The notes under the pieces: model-generated | Seen by the model: the letters and a program-made list of their open reading frames with translations, nothing else | The model's database searches: none | What the model was told of the DNA's origin: nothing | Shown: piece by piece, positions 1 through 10,432 of the stretch | How the letters are laid out: every line of letters begins with the position of its first letter | Position numbering within the stretch: the stretch's first letter is position 1 | Source: Candidatus Latescibacterota bacterium | GTDB taxonomy: Bacteria; Latescibacterota; CBDEFO01 | DNA: 64,000 bases | Direction: 5' to 3' | Assembly (NCBI GenBank): GCA_965248755.1 | Contig: OZ252149.1 | Span: 3,680,001-3,744,000, forward strand | Translations under genes and position numbers: made by a program

Positions 1-1220
1 ATGTGTCCGATCTCAATAGTGGGCGTTACCTTTATGGGTTCTTTGCACTCTGGACAGCCTTCGCCGGTCTTGATATATCTTATGTCCTCGTATCTGTTGG
101 CCTTGAAGTCCCTTCCGGCCTCAAGTCCACTGAAGTGGTAGTCCTCTTGATTTGCTCCTGTGATAATCGCCTTTTGATCCTTAAGCGTGGGGTCGGCTAT
201 CGTCTCCACGCCCTCCAGCCCGACAGGACCGATGAACCCTGCGGGTGCTCCAGTTATCTCAAGGATTTCCTCCTCCGTGGCGGGACCGACCTCTGCGTCC
301 AGGATCTCTGATAGCTTGGCCTCGCTCAGGTTATGGTCGCCTCTAACAAGGGCCATTACAGGGCGGTCATCAGCCATAAAGAGGAGAGACTTCATAAGCT
401 GATGGGGCTCAACTTTCAGGAATTGACAGACCTGGGCTATTGTCTTTGTGCCGGGCGTGTGGACTTTTTCTGCAGGATGGCTTTCAAAGTCAAAGTCCCT
501 GGCGACGGAGCGGGCTACTTCCATATTGGATGCGTAGCCGCAGCTTTCGCAGAGGGCGATTTCGTCCTCCCCTGAGTCCGACAGGACCATAAACTCCTCA
601 GATTCGCTCCCGCCCATGATTCCGCTTGAGGCGGAGACGGTAAGGACATCCAGACCACAGCGCTTGCAGATACGAAGATATGCCTCCTTCTGGAGCTTGT
701 AGCTTACCTCCAGCCCCTCCCCGTCAACGTCGAAGCTGTAGGCGTCTTTCATCAGGAACTGCCTGCCTCTCAGCACTCCTGAGCGAGGTCTCGGTTCATC
801 GCGGAACTTGGTCTGTATCTGATACCATATCTGAGGGAGTTCCCGATACGATCTGATCTCCTTTTGGGCTATCTCTGTAAATATCTCCTCGTGCGTCGGA
901 GCCAGGCAGAGCTCAGATCCCTTTCGGTCCTTGAGTTTGAACATGTCGTCGCCTATCTCATCTTCTCTCCCTGTGGCCTTCCAGATTTCCATCCTGCTCA
1001 GCGACGGCAGCAAAAACTCCTGCCCTCCTATCCTGTCCATCTCCTCTTTTATGATTCGTCTGATATTCTGAAGAACCCTCCAGCCAAAGGGCAGATACGA
1101 ATAGACGCCGGCTGTATGGAGGCGTATCATCCCCGCCTTGAGCATAAGCTGATGGCTTTTAGCCACCACATCCTGGGGAATCTCCTTCAAAGTAGGTATA
1201 AACGCCCTGGAGAGTCTCAT
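1..1220 (-). CDS. proS: Proline--tRNA ligase (runs off window start)
   Basis: Manual translation from ATG at 1220: MRLSRAFIPTLKEIP...SHQLMLKAGMIR...LAPTHEE...YQIQTKFRDEPRPRSGVLRGRQFLMKDAYSF, the bacterial ProRS motifs. Confidence 0.95.
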   Translation of the reverse strand, partial: MRLSRAFIPTLKEIPQDVVAKSHQLMLKAGMIRLHTAGVYSYLPFGWRVLQNIRRIIKEEMDRIGGQEFLLPSLSRMEIWKATGREDEIGDDMFKLKDRKGSELCLAPTHEEIFTEIAQKEIRSYRELPQIWYQIQTKFRDEPRPRSGVLRGRQFLMKDAYSFDVDGEGLEVSYKLQKEAYLRICKRCGLDVLTVSASSGIMGGSESEEFMVLSDSGEDEIALCESCGYASNMEVARSVARDFDFESHPAEKVHTPGTKTIAQVCQFLKVEPHQLMKSLLFMADDRPVMALVRGDHNLSEAKLSEILDAEVGPATEEEILEITGAPAGFIGPVGLEGVETIADPTLKDQKAIITGANQEDYHFSGLEAGRDFKANRYEDIRYIKTGEGCPECKEPIKVTPTIEIGH

Positions 1221-1339
1221 AATACAACTTGCCCTTTACAGAACCTCTAATCTGTCTTTCCGTAGAGGCGAGGTCTGCTCGCCCCAAGGGGGACCACCGC
1301 CCCTACATTTATTTATCTGGGATTTATCTGGGAAAATTG

Positions 1340-1765
1340 TCACAGATCCTCGACCATAGCCAGAACCTCTTGCAGGTCTTTCCTTATTTCCAAAATAAGC
1401 TCATCGGAGGCGCTTGCCTCTGCGGCACGTTCTTCGGTTTCAATGGGCTCCTTTTTTTGCTTTAGATCGAGCATCGGCTGCGACAGCGCCTGTTCAAGAG
1501 GGATATCCAGAAACTGTTTTACAAACTCCTTATCATCTTTCAGCCTCTGCTTCGTGTGCTCTGTGGTATGTCCTTCCTGATTAAGGAGTCTGTGTAGCAG
1601 AAGTACTATCTTAATATCGCGCTCTTTGTAGGAGCGTTTGCCTCCCCTGTTCCTTCTGGGTTTGAGGATGGAGAAGTTGCTCTCCCAATGTCTCAGAGTG
1701 TGTTGTTCAACATCGGCAAGCTCTGATACTTCGCTTATGGAGTAGTATATCTTTTTTACCTGCAT
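1340..1765 (-). CDS. MerR-family transcriptional regulator
   Basis: YYSISEVSELADVEQHTLRHWE...RNRGGKRSY HTH; start placed at ATG 1765 because the upstream ORF extension is repeat DNA. Confidence 0.85.
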   Translation of the reverse strand: MQVKKIYYSISEVSELADVEQHTLRHWESNFSILKPRRNRGGKRSYKERDIKIVLLLHRLLNQEGHTTEHTKQRLKDDKEFVKQFLDIPLEQALSQPMLDLKQKKEPIETEERAAEASASDELILEIRKDLQEVLAMVEDL

Positions 1766-2002
1766 ATTACGATAGTCTTTCCTCCTCCCTGTCTTACGAG
1801 ATTGCTTCCCCCCGATAGATCCAATCGGGGGTCGCTCACAACGACGGTTTAGGAGGACGCACAAGGACGTGGCCCAGATATACTTTTAGTCAATGCCTGT
1901 TCTGGTCTTCAGCCATTGCAAGAGGTTCTGCCCTGAAGCAATCTCAAAGGAGACACGGTGCCCGAGTCTCCTGGGCGAGGAAACCTCGCCCCTGCTGGCT
2001 AC

Positions 2003-3001
2003 TTATGTTTCGGGTTTTGCCTCTCTGATCATCAGCTGTGATACTGCGTCTTTGGGATCCTTATCCTGAAAAAGCACAGAGTGCACCTGTTCTGTGATGG
2101 GCATTTCTACCTCGAATTTTTGTGATAGTTGAAGTGCAGATTTCGTGGTCTTGACCCCTTCTGCAACCATGGTCATTTCGGATAAGACGTCCTTAAGTAT
2201 TCTTCCTTTGCCCACCTGTTCGCCCACGTATCTGTTGCGGCTGTGGCGGCTTGCGCAGGTGGTGACGATGTCCCCTATGCCGGACAGTCCGTAGAAAGTG
2301 GCGGCGTCCGCTCCCATAGCCGTTCCGAGTCGGACGATCTCAAAGAGTCCCCTGGAAATCAGGGCTCCCTTGGTGTTATCTCCGAACCCGAGTCCGTCGC
2401 ACATGCCCGATGCCAGGGCTATAATATTCTTTAGTGCTCCGCCGAGTTCCACACCTAAAAGATCGCTATTTGTATAGACTCTAAACGATGGACTCATAAA
2501 GGCCTCTTGGACCGCTTGAGCGGCCTGTATCCTCTTGGAGGAGGCGACGACTGTTGTGGGTATGCACCTTACAACCTCCTCCGCGTGGCTGGGACCTGAA
2601 AGTGCGACTATATCCTCCAGACCTGATGGGGCAAGCTCCTCTTCGAGCACTTCCGACATCCTTTTGAGCATATCGTTTTCGATGCCTTTGACAACGCTGA
2701 CGGCGATCTTTCCTTCAAGATCAAAGCCCAAAAGTCTCCTGGCCACCTCCCTGAGAGAGTGGGAGGGGACGGCAAAGACGACCATCTCGTTTTCGTCCAG
2801 GACGGCATCCAGATCCGATGAGATGAAAACATCAGGGTCTATGACCACCCCTTCAAGACGGATCTTATTTTCGCGGGTGCGCGCCATCTTCTCTGCCGTC
2901 TGGGGAGTCCGTTCATAGAGCTTGACGCTGTTGCCGTTTTGAGAAAGGAGTACAGAAAGCGCTGTGCCCCAGCTTCCACCTCCGAGTACGGCAATGTTCA
3001 T
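2003..3001 (-). CDS. gpsA: NAD(P)H-dependent glycerol-3-phosphate dehydrogenase
   Basis: MNIAVLGGGSWGTAL, LSGPSHAEEV, GGALKNIIA, SRNR motifs; overlaps the plsY stop. Confidence 0.95.
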   Translation of the reverse strand: MNIAVLGGGSWGTALSVLLSQNGNSVKLYERTPQTAEKMARTRENKIRLEGVVIDPDVFISSDLDAVLDENEMVVFAVPSHSLREVARRLLGFDLEGKIAVSVVKGIENDMLKRMSEVLEEELAPSGLEDIVALSGPSHAEEVVRCIPTTVVASSKRIQAAQAVQEAFMSPSFRVYTNSDLLGVELGGALKNIIALASGMCDGLGFGDNTKGALISRGLFEIVRLGTAMGADAATFYGLSGIGDIVTTCASRHSRNRYVGEQVGKGRILKDVLSEMTMVAEGVKTTKSALQLSQKFEVEMPITEQVHSVLFQDKDPKDAVSQLMIREAKPET

Positions 3002-3636
3002 CTCTGCTCCCTTTTCCTTCCGAATCGGTTCTCTTGACCCTTTATAAGCCTCCCTATGTTGGACCTGTGAGCTGCTACGATCAAAAGAGCGGAAAGGCAG
3101 GTGAAGATAAAGAGTTCGTCCGACAACCCCATCTTTAGCGTGAACTTCTGTGTTGCTACGACCAATGGCAGCGATAAGGCGGCAGATATCGATCCGAGGG
3201 AGACATAGCGAGTGGAAAAGGTGACTACGATCCAGACCAGAAGGCATATAAGAGCCGATACCCAGGACAGAGCTAACATAACCCCAAGCGCAGTGTTGAC
3301 CGCTTTCCCTCCCTTAAAGCGGGCGAATATCGTCCATATATGCCCGCAGATGACCGCCACCCCTCCGATGATCTCCAGGAGGTCAGGATCCAGTGGAGAT
3401 AGATTAAGAGAGATCTTAGCGACCCAGAGGACACAGACAGCGCCTTTGGCTACGTCTATTAAGCTCACAAATACAGCCGGCCCGATGCCTAATGTCCTAT
3501 ATACATTGGTAGCCCCGGCGTTCTTGCTCCCGTAGTCTCTGATGTCTATACCTTTGAGGAGTTTTGAGACTATTATGCTTGTGGGAATAGAGCCTAGTAT
3601 GTAGCTTGTGATGGCTACTGTAAATATTGTGAGCAT
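2998..3636 (-). CDS. plsY: Glycerol-3-phosphate acyltransferase PlsY
   Basis: YILGSIP, GSKNAGATNVYR, FKGGKAV, HRSNIGRL motifs. Confidence 0.95.
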   Translation of the reverse strand: MLTIFTVAITSYILGSIPTSIIVSKLLKGIDIRDYGSKNAGATNVYRTLGIGPAVFVSLIDVAKGAVCVLWVAKISLNLSPLDPDLLEIIGGVAVICGHIWTIFARFKGGKAVNTALGVMLALSWVSALICLLVWIVVTFSTRYVSLGSISAALSLPLVVATQKFTLKMGLSDELFIFTCLSALLIVAAHRSNIGRLIKGQENRFGRKREQR

Positions 3637-3645
3637 GATGTGCTT

Positions 3646-4572
3646 TTATTCTACTATAACGGAACTTACCGCTTCTTCAATTTCCTCTCCTCTATTTCCT
3701 CCCTCAATCTTAAAAGCGATATTTCCATCCCTATCGAGTATGTATGCGCTAGGGATGTCATTTACATTGTAGAGCCTTACAACAGTGTCCTTCCAGCCTT
3801 TGCCTTCACATAGCTGAGGCCAGGTGAATTCCTCTTCTTTTATCGTGGCTCGGAGTGTCTCAAAATCCATATCCTCAGATATACCAATAAGGGCAACCTT
3901 ATCTTCCGGATACTCTTCAGCTATCTTCCGCAGATGAGGGTACACGTAACGGCAAAAACCGCAGCCTGTAGACCAAAAATGCAGGAGTACGACTTTCCCG
4001 CGATAGTCCGCAAGGTCTATAAGATTATCATCTATGTCGTTCAGGGCGAAGTGAGGCGCCGGCTGTCCTACATTCAAGCTCTGGATTTCATAGACGTATC
4101 CCTTTGCCTGTTCTACGTGCCATTCGGAGGAGTTCCACTCGATGATCTATTCGAAGGCTTGACGCGCTTTTTCCATTTCGCCTTTACTCAGCCAATTTTC
4201 GGCTAAGGTGTCCAGCAAAGCAGATCGGCTCTTCAGAGGAACGACTCTCTGCTCTAGATGCTCCAGCAGTTTCCGCCCTTCTTCAAAGCGATCGTCTCGG
4301 GAAAAGGCTCGCCGCAAACCATGTTCGACTTTATCCCATACGTCTTCCTGGTAGGAAATGTGAGTCAGGGCTTCTTGAACCTTTTCGCTGACTCCCTTCA
4401 AGTTGCCCCACATTCCAAAGGCACTGTCGAGGGCTTTCGTCGCCAACTCGGAAGGTCTCTTCTCCAGATAGATCTGGAAATAGTCGGGCGCGGGTAGATA
4501 TTGAGGGTTAGGCTTCTCGTCATAATTCTTAGCATCCCTCATCGTTTCCCAGAACCGCTTGATCTCATCCAA
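3646..4572 (-). pseudogene. TPR-like + TlpA/redoxin thioredoxin protein with one in-frame TAG (4147-4149)
   Basis: ORFs 4147-4572 and 3646-4077 are in the same frame, joined as ...RQAFE*IIEWNSSEWHVEQAKGYVYEIQSLNVGQPAPHF; redoxin motif HFWSTGCGFC. Confidence 0.7.
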
Positions 4573-4677
4573 GTCCGCCTTACGCTTGGCTTTGAACTCC
4601 TTCTCTTCCTGTGTGGGTGAACGATCCTGTGTAGTTATCTTCGAGTCACCTCTTTAATTCAGACACGAAAGTAGACC

Positions 4678-5985
4678 TCATTTCTTCCGTATATGTATCT
4701 TTATAGGGACGCCCTCAAATCCGTAGCTTTCTCTCAATTTTCTCACCAGAAAGCGACTGTATTCCTCAAGCACATCGTCCGGGTACTTTGAGAAAAAGAC
4801 GAATGTCGGAGGTTCTATCCTCTGCTGCGTGCAGTAAAAGAGTCTGGTATTCTTGCCCCTCCTGGCAGGAGGGGGAGTATGGAGCATCAGTTCCTGCAAG
4901 AATTTATTGAGTTTGGGTGTGGATATCCTGAGCCTTCGGTTTTCATAGATCTCAAATGCAAGGTCTAATGCCTTCTTCACACGCTGTCCGTCGAGTGCAG
5001 ATGTGAAGATCAAAGGGATATGACCTGCAAAGTGAAGCTTCTGTCTTATCTCCTTGACAAATCGATTGTAGGTATCGTTATCCTTTTCGACCAGATCCCA
5101 TTTGTTGACCACAAGGGCTGTCCCTTTGCCAAGTTCTTCGGCTGTAGATATGATTTTAGAGTCCTGTAGAGCGGGGCCTTCGAGGGCGTCTATGAGTACG
5201 AGGGCTACATCACACCTCTGGAGGCTCCTTTCCGTCCTGAGGGAGCTGTAGAACTCTATTTCGTCCTTGATCTTGGAGCGCTTGCGAAGTCCGGCTGTGT
5301 CGATAAGCACGTATTCTCTTCCGTTCTGATTCACACGGGTGTCTATCGAATCGCGCGTCGTGCCTGGTTTGGGGTCTGTTATTACGACTTCACGCCCGAC
5401 AACCATGTTGACAAACGTTGACTTGCCGACGTTGGTGCGTCCGACCACGCTGATTTTGGGTATGTCTTCTTCCTCTTCCGGCTCGATAGAGGGCAGTCGA
5501 GACACTATTTCGTCCAAGAGGTCGCCCGAGTACCTTCCGGTCAGAGCAGAGACAGGGATGGGGTCACCTAATCCGAGGCGATAGAAGTTTGAGACGTCAG
5601 GCTCTTCTCTTTCAGTATCCGTCTTGTTGGCTACAAGGATATATTTTGCAGAGCTTTTCTGCAATATACCTGCAAGATCTTCATCTAAGTCTGTGATCCC
5701 AGTGAGCGTGTCCACAAGGAAGACTATCAAATCCGCATCTTCCATCGCAAAGTCCGCCTGCGTCCTCACCGCCGCCTCTATGGAATCCCCGGGGCTAGGA
5801 ACGTAGCCGCCCGTATCGACTATCATAAACGAGCTTCCGTTCCACTCGGTCTCGGCATAGTTTCGGTCCCTTGTGACGCCGGGAGCTTCGTCTACTACTG
5901 CCCGCCTTTCCCTTATTATGCGGTTAAATAGCGTCGATTTTCCGACGTTCGGACGTCCGATTATGGCTACTACAGGCTTGTCCAT
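4678..5985 (-). CDS. der: Ribosome biogenesis GTPase Der/EngA
   Basis: Two tandem GTPase domains (GRPNVGKST, GRTNVGKST, DTAG, NKWD) plus KH-like C-terminus. Confidence 0.97.
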   Translation of the reverse strand: MDKPVVAIIGRPNVGKSTLFNRIIRERRAVVDEAPGVTRDRNYAETEWNGSSFMIVDTGGYVPSPGDSIEAAVRTQADFAMEDADLIVFLVDTLTGITDLDEDLAGILQKSSAKYILVANKTDTEREEPDVSNFYRLGLGDPIPVSALTGRYSGDLLDEIVSRLPSIEPEEEEDIPKISVVGRTNVGKSTFVNMVVGREVVITDPKPGTTRDSIDTRVNQNGREYVLIDTAGLRKRSKIKDEIEFYSSLRTERSLQRCDVALVLIDALEGPALQDSKIISTAEELGKGTALVVNKWDLVEKDNDTYNRFVKEIRQKLHFAGHIPLIFTSALDGQRVKKALDLAFEIYENRRLRISTPKLNKFLQELMLHTPPPARRGKNTRLFYCTQQRIEPPTFVFFSKYPDDVLEEYSRFLVRKLRESYGFEGVPIKIHIRKK

Positions 5986-6161
5986 TTTGGAATTACATCC
6001 TATATATAAGTAGACAGGCAGAGATTGCTTCGCAGAGCTCTGGGTTTCCCCGATAGATTCAATCGGGGACTCGCGAATGACGTAGCTTGTTTTTGCCTTC
6101 GGTCATTCCGAGGGGGTGAAACCCCGAAGCAATCTAGTGGGATGGGCGGCGGTGCCCCTGT

Positions 6162-7466
6162 CTACTGTCTGTTGTTCTTGAGGAGTGACGATATGATGTC
6201 GTAGTCCCCCACTATTACTTCCTTCTGGAGCTTTTGCGATATATCCTTGGGCGTCATGTCGTCCAGCAGTATTCCATCGTGATTGACGCAGTTGGGAGGG
6301 AGCACGATTGTGGACTTGAGGCTCTTATCTTTCAACTGATCCACGATGTCCCCTCCCGTCAGGAGCCCCGATACTGAGATATTTCCCCCGAAGAAGCGGT
6401 TTTCCACAGGGATAAGATCAGCCGAGATTCTATGATGACGATTTAATTCAGCCACAACCTCCTCCAGAAAAGAGACGCAAAGCTGCCCTGTCACCAGCGT
6501 TATGTCTATAGGATCGACAAGATTTTCCAGTTCATCTAAACCGGAGTAAAAATCATCCAAAAACCTCCTGGTCATCCCGACTCCGTTTTCGACCTGTGGA
6601 AAATCGTCGTAGTGCTGGTAAGCAGGGATGTTGTGCCCTGCAAGGAGGTAGAATTCATCGGCAAGGTAGACGAACTTGCATTCAAATTGCCTCCCGAATC
6701 TTTCGTGCCATTCTAATTCTCTGCGTATGTATTCTTTAGCTGTTGCAGAGTCCAGGGACACAAGTGGCGCAAGGTGTTCTCTGTATTTGGTAAGTCCGAC
6801 GGGGACTATGGCTATGGATTTTACACTAGGATAGAACTGGCTTAAGTCGTTTATGGTCCGCTCTAAGTGATGGCCGTCGTTGTAGCCCGGACACAGGACT
6901 ACTTGAGTATGGATCTCTATGTCGTGCTCTATGAGCTTTGAGATCGCTTCGATGACATCTGCGGACTTTTTCCTTCCCAGCATCTTTAACCTAAGCTCGG
7001 GATCTGTCGTGTGGACCGAGACGTAGATGGGATTGAGCCTCTGCTCTATTATCCTGTCGAAATCCTCTTCACTGAGGTTGGTAAGTGTGATGTACGCCCC
7101 GTGCAGAAAGGAGAGACGATAGTCGTCATCTTCAATGTACAGCGATTGGCGCATCCCGCGGGGCATCTGGTGGATGAAGCAGAAGACACACTTGTTCCTG
7201 CACTGTTTTATTTCAAGATCGTCAAAACTGATACCCAGATCGCTGTCGAATGGCTTATGTGCCTCCACTTCGATGAGTTGTCCGTCCCTTTGGAGCGTGA
7301 TCTCTAAAAGATCGTCGCTTGAATGAAACTTGTAGTCAATTATATCCCTCAGGGGTTCTCCGTTGATCTCTACTACAGTGTCGCCCTTTTTTATATTCAG
7401 GGATTCAGCTATACTTCTGGGCTCTACACTTACGACCTTTAACGATCCTTCCACTCTCTCAGGCAT
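6162..7466 (-). CDS. PDZ + radical-SAM-like DUF512 Fe-S protein
   Basis: N-terminal PDZ, CRNKCVFCF (CxxxCxxC), PQVENGVG; commonly adjacent to der. Confidence 0.85.
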   Translation of the reverse strand: MPERVEGSLKVVSVEPRSIAESLNIKKGDTVVEINGEPLRDIIDYKFHSSDDLLEITLQRDGQLIEVEAHKPFDSDLGISFDDLEIKQCRNKCVFCFIHQMPRGMRQSLYIEDDDYRLSFLHGAYITLTNLSEEDFDRIIEQRLNPIYVSVHTTDPELRLKMLGRKKSADVIEAISKLIEHDIEIHTQVVLCPGYNDGHHLERTINDLSQFYPSVKSIAIVPVGLTKYREHLAPLVSLDSATAKEYIRRELEWHERFGRQFECKFVYLADEFYLLAGHNIPAYQHYDDFPQVENGVGMTRRFLDDFYSGLDELENLVDPIDITLVTGQLCVSFLEEVVAELNRHHRISADLIPVENRFFGGNISVSGLLTGGDIVDQLKDKSLKSTIVLPPNCVNHDGILLDDMTPKDISQKLQKEVIVGDYDIISSLLKNNRQ

Positions 7467-7575
7467 AGGTTCTCAAATCCAATCTTATATATGTAAGCGC
7501 GGTCGAAGAACTTCTGTGACCGCGCTCATGCTATCTATCTTTTATATTGTCGCCCCTTGGCGTCCCTGGAAAAAA

Positions 7576-7650
7576 TGGAGCGGGAAACGGGGATCGAACC
7601 CGCGACATCGAGCTTGGGAAGCTCGCGCTCTACCACTGAGCTACTCCCGC
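7576..7650 (-). tRNA. tRNA-Gly(CCC)
   Basis: GCGGGAGTAGCTCAGTGGTAGAGCGCGAGCTTCCCAAGCTCGATGTCGCGGGTTCGATCCCCGTTTCCCGCTCCA: cloverleaf, CCC anticodon, encoded CCA. Confidence 0.97.
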
Positions 7651-7674
7651 TTTGGCTGTCATTCCTGGGGTGCT

Positions 7675-7836
7675 AAAACAAGCATCAACGAACTTTTCGT
7701 GGAACAAGTGGCCTACCACACGCCAAAGCTGTATAGTCTCCTGCTTCACAGACCGCCTTAAGGAAGATATCCAGAGGCTTAACTTCGGGCTGCCCAACCT
7801 TACTATTGTATCCACGTGGTTCTTGTGGACATGTCT
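7675..7836 (-). ncRNA. Putative rod-shaped structured RNA (6S-like?) upstream of tRNA-Gly
   Basis: Long-range pairings read by eye: GAAC/GTTC, CGTGGA/TCCACG, ACAA/TTGT, CCGAAGTT/AGCTTTGG; lies directly after a sigma70 promoter; no convincing ORF. Confidence 0.45.
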
Positions 7837-7837
7837 A

Positions 7838-7866
7838 ATACTAACGAATATTAGTTCGACTGTCAA
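7838..7866 (-). promoter_or_regulatory. Sigma70 promoter with LexA-box-like site
   Basis: TTGACA-17 bp-TAGTAT with CGAAC-TAAT-ATTCG in the spacer. Confidence 0.6.
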
Positions 7867-8065
7867 GTATTTTTTGTCGGCAGTATACTCCTGCTAAAAA
7901 CATCAGAGTTTCAGCTTGTATGTAGTAGCCGACCCGGATGGCAGTGGAGGGCAAGATGTGGCAACGAGCCATCCCCGCTCCCATATAGATTCAATAGGGG
8001 ATCACAATCGGGAAGTGATTCGCCCGATCTATCCATATTATCAGAGCAGACACGTGGTTCTGGGT

Positions 8066-9184
8066 CTACTGTCTACTTGCGGTCCTGACGATCTGCATCT
8101 CTTTCATCTTCTCCTGGGCCTCGGCGTAGTAATCCCCAGCGTCGGGCTGCTCCTTGATCCATTCGACGTACTCCTGGATTATCCCTTCCAATGGCATCTC
8201 CGCCTGCCAGCCAAGCTCCTGGAGCTTTTCCGAAGTCGAGACCGTGTGTCTGGTATCGCCGAATCGGAACTCTCCCGGCACCAGCGGTTCTAAGTCTTTT
8301 TTGCACTTTTTAGCGACGATGCGGGCAACTTCCAAAACGGTGGTCTCTTTCTGTCCTGCGATGTTGAAAGCCTCGTAGTTTGCTTCGTCTTTCTCCATCA
8401 CTAACACGTTGGCTTTTGCCGCGTCTTTGACATAGACATAGTCCCTCTTTTGCAATCCGTCTTCATAGGCTACGGGAGTGTTGTCGTGGAGGAGTCTTAG
8501 TGTGAATATGCGGCAAACTCCCGAATAGGCGTTATAGAAGGAATTTCGTGGACCCTGGACGATTGAGTATCTCATAGCTGTTGTGGGGATGTCGTATTTT
8601 CTGCCCAGACTGATACCCGCCATTTCAAGGGCGTATTTGGATATGCCGTATGCTGTGTGAGGATTGACGTTGTCTTCGGTGATGGGGAGATTGACCATGG
8701 GCTCCGAGCAGTGAGGGCATTTGATCTCCCATTCTCCCTTCTGCAATTGTTCAAGAGAACGGGGCCCAGGATATATCACGCCGTGTTCGTCGCATCTGTA
8801 CTTACCCTCGCCGTAGACGGCTTGTGAGGAGGCTAAGACTATCTTGCAGATGGGATATTTGTTCTCGACTATGAGTTCGTACAAGAGCGCTGTGCTGACC
8901 GTGTTGACACAAAAGAACGTGCTGAAGTCAGGCATGTAGTCCTGGTAGGCGGCCATGTGGAATACATATTCTACGCCATGGAGCGCTACCTTCAACGTCT
9001 CTTTATCCGTCACGTCGCCGTGTATGAACTCAACGTCATCGGGAATGTAGGCCGGTTTGCCTTTAGGATGGACTCTTTCCTGAAGGCTGTCCAGAATCTT
9101 TACATCGTATCCTCTTTCAAGGAGGAGGTCAACTGTATGGGAGCCGATAAAGCCGGCTCCGCCTGTTACCAGGACTTTGGGCAT
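8066..9184 (-). CDS. NAD-dependent epimerase/dehydratase (extended SDR)
   Basis: LVTGGAGFIGSH, YGISK (YxxxK), GDTRHT. Confidence 0.9.
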   Translation of the reverse strand: MPKVLVTGGAGFIGSHTVDLLLERGYDVKILDSLQERVHPKGKPAYIPDDVEFIHGDVTDKETLKVALHGVEYVFHMAAYQDYMPDFSTFFCVNTVSTALLYELIVENKYPICKIVLASSQAVYGEGKYRCDEHGVIYPGPRSLEQLQKGEWEIKCPHCSEPMVNLPITEDNVNPHTAYGISKYALEMAGISLGRKYDIPTTAMRYSIVQGPRNSFYNAYSGVCRIFTLRLLHDNTPVAYEDGLQKRDYVYVKDAAKANVLVMEKDEANYEAFNIAGQKETTVLEVARIVAKKCKKDLEPLVPGEFRFGDTRHTVSTSEKLQELGWQAEMPLEGIIQEYVEWIKEQPDAGDYYAEAQEKMKEMQIVRTASRQ

Positions 9185-9491
9185 CTGTTCTCCTTATTGT
9201 TGAGCGGCTTCAAACGCTACTTTGTAATAATTTCATATATCTGGCGTTGTCCGTCTTGGGGTCGTTGCGAGGGGTGTAACCCCGAAGCAATCTCGGAGGA
9301 TGGGAGGCAGTCTAAGTGAGATAGCTTCGCCCACTTTGTGGCTTGTTGCTGCCACCCCAGCAAAGCGGCCACGCCGCCTCGCAATGACATGCTTGCCCAG
9401 ACCTTTAGTAGGACAGACAAAAATATCTGTCCTACCAACCACGTTATCAACACACTCTTTGTAGCCTGGTGGGTCAGACATTTCCCGCGAT

Positions 9492-10432
9492 TTAATCGGG
9501 GGCTGACAAAGCAATTTCGAACAATTCAAGCTGACTTATCTCTGAGCCTAATTGCACATTTTGCGGTGGAACACTAGTATTGGATGCGTCAGGGTCGTAA
9601 ACTGACCTGCCCATCAGTCGGATGCGCAGCTCTCCCTTCTCTGCCATCCGAATACGTTCCTTTGCAATTTGCACGTACTCAGGCATAGTCTTGGAGCCAA
9701 TGGCCTTTCTCTTGTGCATCAAGGCAGCAATTGCAGTCGTTCCCACACCGATAAACGGATCCAACACCCAATCCCCCTTATTAGTCATCGACAGCACCAG
9801 ACGCTCGATCAATTCGACAGGGAACTGGCACGGGTGGATAGTCTTTTCCACATGGTTTGCCTTCACATTGGGGATCTCCCAGATATCACCGGGATTCTTG
9901 CCCAGTGGATTGCCCGAAGGCTGTCCCCTCTTTGGACCCATGAAGTGCTTCTTCTTGGGATACTTCTGGGGCACACGGACAGCGTCCAGATTGAAGGTAT
10001 ACTCGTCGCCTTTGGTAAACCACAGAATGACCTCATTTCGGCCGGAAAAGCGCTTTGAGGCGTGCAATCCGTGTCCAAAGTACCAGACGATGCGATTGCG
10101 AAGATGCAATCCTGACGAGGCGAAGATGGGGTACAGAACTATGTCAAGAGGGACGATTTTCCCTTATCGACGTAGTTGCCGACCTGCCAGCAGATGCTTC
10201 CGCGATCGTCTAAGGCTTGCACGCACTCCTTGATAACTCTGCGCTGCTGGGACAGGTATTCATCTACCTCCAGGCGACTTTCGTAGGATTTGCCCAGGTT
10301 GTACGGCGGCGAAGTGACGACCAGGTTCACGAACCCATTAGGTATCTGGGAAAGCAGGTTGAGGCAGTCACCTTGATATAGAACGAAGTCCGCCTTACTA
10401 TCACATCCTGAAGTGATTCTGACGCTGTCCAT
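9492..10432 (-). pseudogene. Beta-class N4-C/N6-A DNA methyltransferase, -1 frameshift at about 10160; no cognate nuclease nearby
   Basis: TSPPY motif IV in the 5' ORF; HPCQFP and VLDPFIGVGTT motif I in the 3' ORF; the -1 frame continues IVPLDIVLYPIF...LRNRIVWYFGHGLHASKRFSGR. Confidence 0.8.

Noticed and set aside
3..1465. Plus-strand ORFs here and the many other antisense or overlapping ORFs in the track
   Set aside because: Shadows of well-supported genes on the opposite strand or frame, with no recognisable motifs
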